NCBI GenBank assembly: GCA_963701735.1
Contig: CAVPBI010000013.1
Span: 141,323-205,322 of the forward strand
Reading direction: 5' to 3'
DNA length: 64,000 nt
Origin: an uncultured Ignavibacteria bacterium
GTDB lineage: Bacteria; Bacteroidota; Ignavibacteria; UBA10030; UBA6906
This document shows, piece by piece, positions 42,582 through 50,915 of this stretch (positions are counted from its first letter, which is position 1; each line of letters begins with the position of its first letter). The notes below the pieces were generated by a model. The model was given only the letters and a program-made list of their open reading frames with translations, had not been told where the DNA came from and searched no databases. Position numbers and translations under genes: made by a program.

Positions 42582-42724
42582 CTACCCGGCCCCACTCCGC
42601 CGCCACATCCGCCTGCGCTGCCTTTGAACTATTTCATCCCCGCCCCGTATAACGGAGAGAGCCAGGAGCTTGGATTTCTGAGCCCTTCTCATTAATCTCC
42701 GGGCACACCTGCGAGTTCGAGCCG

Positions 42725-45530
42725 ATGACCCTCATGAGCATTCCGCCCGGACTGTTCCGGGCTTTCCTGTTGACGAACACCGGAGTCCTGCTGGTCCTCT
42801 CCGGGGTGTCGCTCTACCGGTACGGCAGCATCCCCACGGACGAGAATCTCTTCACGGGCACTCCGTCTCATGTCTATGCCCTCGATTCGGTCCGCGTCAA
42901 CCCCGTGACATTGAAGAGGGTCGCGCCCTTCCTCCTTCCCGGCGACGTCATCGTTGCAATCGACAACATCAACGTGAACACGGGGCTGAATTACAGAACC
43001 GTCGTTCAATCGGCCTCGCGCGACAGCCACACCGTGATGTTTCACCGTCTCGCGGCCAACCAGCGCTTCCTGGGACGCATGGCCGCACACGACCTGGATT
43101 CGCTGCGCGTCAGGGTCCTCCCGTCGTGCGCCTACGTGACCGCCGTCAGCCCGGGCGGCGCGTCCGACCGCGCCGGCATGCTGGTCGGGGACCTGATCCT
43201 CAGGATCAACGGGAGCACATTCTCCACAATCTCGGAGGCCGACAGGCTGATGCGCCTCGGTCAGTCGGGGAAGGCACTGCAGTATGACATCCTCCGGGAC
43301 AACACGCCCCGGACGCTGCAGGTCACGATGGCCGCGTGGGGGTTTCCGTTCGGCATCATCGTCCTCGTCGTTTCAGGGATCCTCTGGATCGCAACAGGGC
43401 TGCTCCTCGGGCTCTCCCGGCCGCAGTATCCGGGGGCTCGACTGCTCGGCATCTTCTTTGTTCTCCTTGGATTTGGCATCACGGTCCTCGCGCTCCAGCG
43501 CGAGCCGACGTTCGATCTGTTTGTGATCGTGAGGGATATCGCCCGCGTCTCAGCATTCCTGCTGGCGTTTCCAATCGCACTCCACGCCGAGCACTACTTC
43601 CCCCTGGATCAGCCGCAATACATCAGCCGGCCGTGGATTCGCTATGTGGCATACGGCATTGCGCTCGCGGGAATCCTGTTGAGCGCGGTCTGGAGTGGGG
43701 TCTGGTTCGCGTTCGCGCTGATCGCTCTGGCGGCCTTCCAGATCGTCGTCGCGATCGTGCACAACAAAGAGAAGCCGATCCGGGTCAAGGAGATCACGCG
43801 GCCGATCACGATCGCATGGTCGCTGGCGGTCGCTGGCGCCGTGGTGATCGCCATCGGTTCGACCAGCCTCGCCGTCCTCACCAACAATCAGTCTCAAACG
43901 TGGATTGGTCTCGCGGGCATCCCGTTGCTGCTCATACCGGCGTCCTACCTCTACGTGATCGGCAGACATCGGCTCTTCGGTCTGGACCTCCGGATCCGCA
44001 GGAACCTTCAGTATCTGTTCGCGGCGACATCCTGGCGCCTTGGGACCATCATCCTGTTCGGGGTGGTCCTGGTCGTCCTGTCCCGCTGGGATCCGGACGT
44101 TCCGAACATCCAGTTGACAGGGACATCGCTCGAAGTCCGCGACACTCCTCCGACCGGCGAAGAGAGGCGCGTGCTGCAGAACATCATGATCGTGGGGGCG
44201 GCGCTGCTGCTCACGGGCGTGCTCTGGAAAGCCGGATCGACGGGCCTTTCATTTCTGGACCGCCGGTTCCACCGCTCCGGATACGACTACCGGAGGGCGA
44301 CAAACGAGTTGTCGGAAGTGATGGCGCGGACACAGAGCATGACCGAGCTGGCGAAGGGGATGGTGGAGCGACTGGCGGTCCTGATGCGGGTCAAGCGGGC
44401 CGGCGTGATGTTCTTCAGGGATGAGGTGGCGTGCTGCGGGCACGAAGCCTACGGGTTTGAGGATGTCACATGGAAGGAGTTCTGCGTTCGGTCGGACCGG
44501 GCTGTCGCCGAGGGACTCAAGCGGTTTCGCGGACCGGTTGCAGTCAGCGCTCTCCCCCCTGCCGTCGCGCAGGGCTTCAGCCAGAGCGAGTTCGCCGTCG
44601 TGGTCCCTGTGTTCTCGAAGGACCGCCTGATCGGGGCACTCCTGGTCGGGGAGAAACAGTCCGAGACATCGTTTCACGAGGAAGATTTTGCGTTTCTCAC
44701 GACCGCCGCCAACCAGGCGTCGGTCGCGATCGAGAATTCCTTCCTCTACGAAGAGCTGGCGGAGCAGGAGCGCATGAAGCACGAGTTGAGAATCGCGCGG
44801 AAGATCCAGCTCGAATCCCTCCCGCAGAGCACCCCCCGTGTCGAAGGGCTGGATATTGCGGGATCCTCCGTGCCGGCAATGGAAGTTGGCGGCGACTACT
44901 ATGACTATCTCACCGGCGAGGCGGGCACGCTTACCGTCATCATGGGTGATGTCAGCGGGAAGGGAACGTCGGCTGCGCTCTACATGTCGAAAGTCCAGGG
45001 GATTATGCGCTCGCTCCATGCGTTCGGACTCGGGCCGCGCGATCTCCTGCTGCGTGCCAATTCCCTGCTCCACGGCGACATCGAGAAGCGGTCGTTCGTC
45101 ACCGCCGTGGGTGCCAGGTTTGACATCCCCGGATCGCCGCGTGCGCATTGCCCGGGCCGGGCACCTTCCGGTATACCACTATCGGGCCGGTGAGCGGGCG
45201 GTGGCCAGAATTCTGCCGCGGGGACTCGGGTTAGGCTTGAACTCAAGCCCCCTCTTCGAAGAAGAGCTGGAAGAAGTCTCGATACCGTTCGCGCCGGGCG
45301 ACCTGTTTGGGTTTGTCACCGATGGCGTGACAGAGGCCGAGCGCGCCGGAGGCGAGCAGATCGGCGAGGAGAGGGTGATGGCGGTGCTGCGGGAATGTGC
45401 GGGCGAGAACGCGACTGCGGTGCGCGACGCCGTCCTCCGGGCCGTGGAGGAATTCGCAGACGGGGAACGACAGACGGACGACCGGACGGTCGTCGTGGTC
45501 CGGATTACCGCGCTCCGGGCTGGCTCATAG
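42725..45530 (+). CDS. PDZ / multi-TM sensor / GAF / PP2C (SpoIIE-RsbU-type) serine phosphatase; frameshift ~45130-45180
   Basis: PDZ-like …VSPGGASDRAGMLVGDLILRINGS…; >=8 TM helices; GAF …FAVVVPVFSKDRLIGALLVGEK…; phosphatase …GGDYYDYL…VIMGDVSGKGTSAALYMS… continuing in ORF 44838-45530 frame (…RIARAGHLPVYHY…TDGVTEA…). Confidence 0.75.
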
Positions 45531-45903
45531 AACTTTTGTGCAGCGCCATCTCGATGACGTATTTCAGCTCGTGGTCGTCCACGGGCTTCAGGACAAATGA
45601 GAACCCCGGGGTGACCTGCGCGCGCAGCATGGTTTCGGGATCCCCGAGCCCTGTCACGTAGACGACCGGGATGCGGGTCGATTCGAATATCTTCTCCGCC
45701 GCCTCAACCCCGTCCATCTCACCACGCAGGCTGATATCCATCACGACGATATCCGGCCTGTGCGCGGACGCCTTCTCAACCGCCTCGCGCCCCGAGCCTG
45801 CCGTTGCCGCGACTTCGTACCCCATCCCCGCCAGCCGCCGGCGAAGGTCCTCCAGGACGATCATCTCGTCTTCGACAAGAAGGATGCGGCATCGCGGCTC
45901 CAT
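45505..45903 (-). CDS. stand-alone response-regulator receiver (CheY-like) protein
   Basis: MEPRCRILLVEDEMIV…DIVVMDISLRGEMDGVEAAEKI…VVYVTG…. Confidence 0.85.
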   Translation of the reverse strand: MEPRCRILLVEDEMIVLEDLRRRLAGMGYEVAATAGSGREAVEKASAHRPDIVVMDISLRGEMDGVEAAEKIFESTRIPVVYVTGLGDPETMLRAQVTPGFSFVLKPVDDHELKYVIEMALHKSSMSQPGAR

Positions 45904-46225
45904 GTGAGCTTCCTGACTCGTACGCACTCCGACGTGGATTGAAACTCAATATGGACAAAACCCGCGCAAGGAGCAAACCGCCGGCGTCCGGGCGCAGGGC
46001 CATGTGGACATATCGTTGCATCTGTGTGTCGGCTGCCGAAACCCGCGATCGCCTCGAGGATGGTTCGCCGGACCGACAACAACGTGCCCTCAATTCCTGA
46101 TCTTCAATTGGGTTTCTCAGTGATAACGGGCCTCCCTCCTCACGAAAGGACCCGGCGCTGAGAATGCGTCACAATGTACGCAGGAATCGGTACTTGTCGC
46201 AACGTCCGACGCACCGGGCGCCGTC

Positions 46226-46975
46226 CTACGGGAGGAGGAGCCGGATGCCGACCAGGAAGAGAAGTGCGCCAATGATGCGGCCAAACGCTTGCTCGGAGAT
46301 CCGGACGAACGCGCGATTGCCGGCAACGATGCCGACGATGAGCCCGGGGAGGGCAACCGCAAACGCGAGCAGGACCTGGCGGGTGATCACGCCGGTCCCG
46401 ACGTAGGTGGCGACCCGGGCGATCGCCGCAGCAAGGAAGATCGGAATCAGAATGGCTCTCAGCGGCTCTTTGCCCAGTTTCCTTCCGAAGTGCCACAGAA
46501 TCGGAGGCCCGCTGATCCCTAGAAAACCGCCCATGACCCCGCCGAGGCCCGCCGCAATCACGTCCGGACCCGTGGCACGCGCAGGAAGCGCACCCGACAA
46601 TCCCTCCCCGTTCCCACGTCCCCTGAATACTCCAAACCAGAGGCCGAGAAGCAGGATTGACACGCCAAGGAGGGTCTTGAAGATCGCGGGGTCAACCGCC
46701 GAGAGAAGGATGCCTCCCACAATAGAACCGGCGACGATCGCGATCGCCGGAGGGATCCAGAACCGCCGGCCCTTTGTCTCCGGATCCATTGCGAACAGGA
46801 CCACGCCGGCCACCGCATCCAGCAGCGCGCTCATGGCGACGACGAGATGCGGAGGGAGTATGAGCGAGCCGAGAGCGACGACGACGAGCGCCGGACCGAA
46901 CCCGCTCACGGCCTTGAGGAAGAATGCGGCACATGCGATGAGCGGGAGAAGAAGGTACGGAAGGAGGCCGTCCAT
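46226..46975 (-). CDS. TauE/SafE (DUF81) family sulfite/anion exporter
   Basis: 249 aa, 7-8 TM, Gly-rich repeats …GFGPALVVVALG…/…GFLGISGPPIL…. Confidence 0.8.
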   Translation of the reverse strand: MDGLLPYLLLPLIACAAFFLKAVSGFGPALVVVALGSLILPPHLVVAMSALLDAVAGVVLFAMDPETKGRRFWIPPAIAIVAGSIVGGILLSAVDPAIFKTLLGVSILLLGLWFGVFRGRGNGEGLSGALPARATGPDVIAAGLGGVMGGFLGISGPPILWHFGRKLGKEPLRAILIPIFLAAAIARVATYVGTGVITRQVLLAFAVALPGLIVGIVAGNRAFVRISEQAFGRIIGALLFLVGIRLLLP

Positions 46976-46984
46976 CGCGTCCGG

Positions 46985-47632
46985 TCAGAGGAGGTCGATG
47001 AGCTCTGTGGGATGCTGGAGCAGGTGCTCGGCACCGTGTGCCTCCAGCTCCTCCCGTGTCCTGAATCCCCAGAGGGCTCCGATCGGGCGCATGCCCGCCC
47101 GATGCGCGGTGTCCATGTCCGTTCCCGTATCGCCGAGATACAAGAACTCGTCCGGCCGCACGCCCGTCCGGACAGCGATCGCGAGCGCGCCCGACGGATC
47201 GGGCTTCTTCGGCGCGCCGTCCTTGTGTCCGAGGACTACATCGAATGCCCAGCCGCCGAGGAGACCGTGGACGCACGCCTCGGTGATCGCGTGCGGCTTG
47301 TTGGAGAAAACGGACATGCGTATGCCGCGTCCGGAGAGGCCGTTGAGAAGGTCCGGGACGCCCGGATACGGCTTCGTCGCGACGTTCCATGCCCGTCCGT
47401 AATCGTCGCGGAACTGACGAAGGCAACGCTCCAGCGTGTCGCCACGGGCGAGCCCGTCCGGCAACGCCCGCTGGAAGAGGACCGCGGCGCCGTCGCCCAC
47501 GAAGTATTTGTACGATTCCAGAGGATGGTCAGGGAAGCCGTTGGATGAGAGCACGCGGTTGGCGGCACGCCCGATGTCCTCGAGCGTGTCGAGGAGCGTT
47601 CCGTCGAGATCGAATATGACGGCCCGGACCAT
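46985..47632 (-). CDS. HAD-superfamily hydrolase (phosphoglycolate-phosphatase-like)
   Basis: Motif I VIFDLDGTLLDT, motif II SNK, motif IV YLGDTGTDMDTA. Confidence 0.85.
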   Translation of the reverse strand: MVRAVIFDLDGTLLDTLEDIGRAANRVLSSNGFPDHPLESYKYFVGDGAAVLFQRALPDGLARGDTLERCLRQFRDDYGRAWNVATKPYPGVPDLLNGLSGRGIRMSVFSNKPHAITEACVHGLLGGWAFDVVLGHKDGAPKKPDPSGALAIAVRTGVRPDEFLYLGDTGTDMDTAHRAGMRPIGALWGFRTREELEAHGAEHLLQHPTELIDLL

Positions 47633-48783
47633 CAGGCTTCCCGGACCATGAACCCGAGGGATGCGAAGGAGGCGGCATGCGCACGGCGCTTCCCTGAAAC
47701 GAGAACGGCTGTCGCGCCGAACTCGCGGCGCACGGGGTAGTCCGCGCGAAGGACGCGGAACCGGTGCGCGCGTTCGGCGTGCGGCATCAGCAGGGATCGC
47801 TGGAGGTCGTCGCTGTCCCGCCTGATATCATAGCACCTGCGGACCACGTCGTCCAGCAGGGCAGGGCCGCCGGCAGTGCATTCGCGCGTGTCGATCTCCG
47901 GCACGGCCGGAGGCGGCAACGAGGCGGGAGATTTCCAGGAAGCATCGGAGCCTACATGCGCGCGCAACGTCTCAAAGATGATCCGCGCCGCGTTCAACTT
48001 CCCGTCAAGAGAGTATCCGGCGATGTGTGGCGTCGCGATGCGCGCGAGCCCGAGCAGTTCCACGTCCACGGCGGGTTCATGCTCCCACACGTCGATCACG
48101 GCCGCGGCCAGGTGCCCGTCGCGAAGGGCGCGCCTCAGGGCCTGGGTCTCGACGACGGCGCCGCGGGCGGTATTGATGAGCACGCTTCCGCGCTTCATCG
48201 CAGCCAGCCGTTCCTCGTCAAAGCAATGGTATGTGGCGTCCGCACCAGCGTGCGTCAGCGGGACGTGGAGACTCACGATGTCGGCGTTCATCAAGGAATC
48301 AAGCGGCACAAGCCGCCGATCGCCGGTCAGACGCTGGAGCGGGGGATCGTTCAGGAGCACCCGCATGCCGAGGCCCGTCGCCACACGCGCCACCCTGCTT
48401 CCGACATTCCCGACGCCGACGATCCCGATGGTCATTCCGGTCTGCCCGGCCTTCCGTTCGGCCGTCAGCACGAGGAGCGCTGCGGCAACGTACTGCGCGA
48501 CAGATTCCGCATTGCTCCCAGGGGCGCTGGCGTAGGCGATCCCGCGATCGGCGAGATATACCGTGTCGAGGTGATCGACGCCGATCGTCGCCGTGCCGAC
48601 AAACCTGACCGTCGTGCCGTCCAGAAGCCTCGCATCGACGCGCGTTTCAGAACGTACGATGACAGCATCCGCATCGCGAAGCGCGTCGCGCGTGATGGCC
48701 TCGGTGGGCAGGACGTCAACCCGGCCGAGTTGCAGGAACGTCTCCTGGACGAAGCTGTTTTTCGAGTCGACGACGATGCGCAT
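47632..48783 (-). CDS. pdxB: erythronate-4-phosphate dehydrogenase
   Basis: 383 aa; collinear with E. coli PdxB (MRIVVDS…/MKILVDEN…; …VGTATIGVDHLD…; GIVGVGNVG NAD site; …HIAGYSLDGK…; C-terminal dimerisation domain …YDIRRDSDDL…). Confidence 0.8.
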   Translation of the reverse strand: MRIVVDSKNSFVQETFLQLGRVDVLPTEAITRDALRDADAVIVRSETRVDARLLDGTTVRFVGTATIGVDHLDTVYLADRGIAYASAPGSNAESVAQYVAAALLVLTAERKAGQTGMTIGIVGVGNVGSRVARVATGLGMRVLLNDPPLQRLTGDRRLVPLDSLMNADIVSLHVPLTHAGADATYHCFDEERLAAMKRGSVLINTARGAVVETQALRRALRDGHLAAAVIDVWEHEPAVDVELLGLARIATPHIAGYSLDGKLNAARIIFETLRAHVGSDASWKSPASLPPPAVPEIDTRECTAGGPALLDDVVRRCYDIRRDSDDLQRSLLMPHAERAHRFRVLRADYPVRREFGATAVLVSGKRRAHAASFASLGFMVREA

Positions 48784-48915
48784 GAACGATCCCTTGAATA
48801 TTAAGAAAGTTCTTCAGGTGTGCAAGGCCCGTGCCGCACACGGGTCAGAAGCACGAATCCCGGCGCAGGCGGCAACCGGGATTCGTGGCAGTGACGCAGG
48901 GACAGAATCGCGTAT

Positions 48916-50088
48916 CTATTTTCTCCGGGCCTTCCTTTCCTGGACAACCGACGCGAAGACCCAGCCGACCTTCCCGGACTTCGTCTTGACCTGCACCCAG
49001 CTCGGGCCGAAGTCCGGTCTCTGCTTCTTCATGATGCTCACCTGCTCGCCATTCCGGAGGGTCGCTTTGCCGACCATGCGGGCATTCAACGATGCGGACT
49101 GCCGCAGACCCGCGTCAGGAACGACGACGACGCCCTGCGGATACGCCGGCTCCCCGGCACGGACAGGATGAACCGCGGGAGGCGGAGGCACCGCGTCGGT
49201 CTTGTCCGGCGGGCCGATCTCGAACGGCTCGACGAGCGGATCGGGCATATCGGGGGGCTTCTTGCTGGACCGCAACGGGACCAGCGCGCCGATGATCAGG
49301 AACACCAGCGCCATCCCTCCGATGAAAAGTGTTGATGCGGAGATCCGCGACCGTCGCGCCGGAACAGGTGCCGCATCCGCCGCCTTCATCTCCGCCGGGA
49401 CGGGCCGGGCGTCCTTCGCCTGTTGTGCGAGGGAAGGCTCTTTCCTGGTTCTGTCAGGAGCGCCGGCCGGATCGGTCGACGTTCCTTCAAAGTAGTCCGC
49501 GTTCAGGTGGCTGTTGTGCGATGTCGAGTCGGCCCGCGTCAGGACGAATGCGACCACTGCCGCCCGGGGAAGCGGCTCATGAATTGCACGAGCCACGGCT
49601 TCCATCGTCGCTCCCGTCCAGAGCAGCGAATCGACGACAAGAATCCGTGCCTCGTCCCTGATGGATGAGCCGTCAAATTGGAGCACGCCGTCCATCTCGG
49701 CGGCGCGGGCGGCTTTCCCCACCAGTTCCTCGAGAGGCTTCGTGGCATGCTTCTTCTTGAGACGATGCAGGACGTACGGCTTGCCGCTTGCCGCTGCGAT
49801 CGCGTCACACAGCTTGTCCAGCGGAGCGCTGCCGTCGGCCGCGATTTCATCGTGGCGAAGGACCCGCACAATCAGGTCGAAGGATAGTCCCGAGGCAACG
49901 CGGGGGGCGGCAAGCTCGATCCACCTCGACAGGTGGGGCTCCGTCCCCTCGATGAATTTGCGCAGGGACGCCGATACGCGTTCCTGGTGACCGGAACGCA
50001 CCGGGTGGTAGTGCCCGATGTAGGCCGTTTCGCTGATGCCCGTGACACGTCCGGTATGTCGCAACAACGTATGATCGCTCTCGCTCAT
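48916..50088 (-). CDS. ComF-like phosphoribosyltransferase domain - TM - SH3-like domain protein
   Basis: PRTase motif …RILVVDSLLWTGATMEAV…; TM …LFIGGMALVFLIIGALVPL…; C-terminal …GEQVSIMKKQRPDFGPSWVQVKTKSGKVGWVFASVV. Confidence 0.55.
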   Translation of the reverse strand: MSESDHTLLRHTGRVTGISETAYIGHYHPVRSGHQERVSASLRKFIEGTEPHLSRWIELAAPRVASGLSFDLIVRVLRHDEIAADGSAPLDKLCDAIAAASGKPYVLHRLKKKHATKPLEELVGKAARAAEMDGVLQFDGSSIRDEARILVVDSLLWTGATMEAVARAIHEPLPRAAVVAFVLTRADSTSHNSHLNADYFEGTSTDPAGAPDRTRKEPSLAQQAKDARPVPAEMKAADAAPVPARRSRISASTLFIGGMALVFLIIGALVPLRSSKKPPDMPDPLVEPFEIGPPDKTDAVPPPPAVHPVRAGEPAYPQGVVVVPDAGLRQSASLNARMVGKATLRNGEQVSIMKKQRPDFGPSWVQVKTKSGKVGWVFASVVQERKARRK

Positions 50089-50400
50089 AGCTGGTCCGTC
50101 GGTCGTTTCTTGAGTTTTCGCCGGAGAGGTAACGGGCAAAGCGCATGCCACGCGAGGAACGAGGACAGGTGTCAGATTTTGCCCCAACCCGGCGCGCAGA
50201 CGAGAGGATGCACCGCCCACGGTCTGGCACGTGTGCTTTTGACCGCCGATGAGGCTGTAGATTGAGCAAAAGTGCCTGGAGGCCCAAACCGCTCAGCGGG
50301 AGAGAAACCGGGGAGAATGGATCCCTGACTTGCACCTATGGCTAAACATGGGTAACGCAGGGCGGTTTGTATGGAGGGTCGGGGGTCGTGAGACGCCCGT

Positions 50401-50895
50401 TCAGCGCTCGGTCAGATCTCCGCCGGGGTCTCCCCCAGCCTCAAGGAGACCATGCTCCCTCAGCACGTCCAGAGCGATCAGTGCCTCGGGGAGTGGGACC
50501 ATCACCAACAGGTCATCTCCGGGCGGCATCCCGTCCTCGAGAGTCTGGACGGGCATCTTCTGGCCGGCGGGCGACCAGAGCTGGGCGTGGAGGTCCGCAC
50601 CCTTGAGCGCTCCGATCGCATCGAGGATCTGACCCCTGCTCCGGGAGGCGAAGAGCTGGACATGCCTCTGCCGCACTTCGAATTGCCGGTGCTCGTTGCA
50701 GAGAAACACGCCGCCTGTCCAGTGTCCGCAGCCACCGCAATACGCGGAGCCGCAGATGACGCACGCCCCGCTCGCAAGGCGATCGGGATGCAGCGTGCAC
50801 GAAAACGATCCCTCGAGGAGCGCGCCGCACACGGGACAGAATTCGTCAAGATCAGAGATCTCCGACGAACATCGCTCACAGTTGGCGGTACTCAT
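50401..50895 (-). CDS. Cys-rich zinc-ribbon protein, hypothetical
   Basis: MSTANCERCSSEISDLDEFCPVCGALLEG…CVICGSAYCGGCGH. Confidence 0.5.
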   Translation of the reverse strand: MSTANCERCSSEISDLDEFCPVCGALLEGSFSCTLHPDRLASGACVICGSAYCGGCGHWTGGVFLCNEHRQFEVRQRHVQLFASRSRGQILDAIGALKGADLHAQLWSPAGQKMPVQTLEDGMPPGDDLLVMVPLPEALIALDVLREHGLLEAGGDPGGDLTER

Positions 50896-50915
50896 GAAGG
50901 CTCCTGTGGATGGTG

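Noticed and set aside
50220-50400. Possible tRNA/small RNA in the 180-bp intergenic region
   Set aside because: No cloverleaf-compatible stems or conserved tRNA boxes could be read. Left unannotated.
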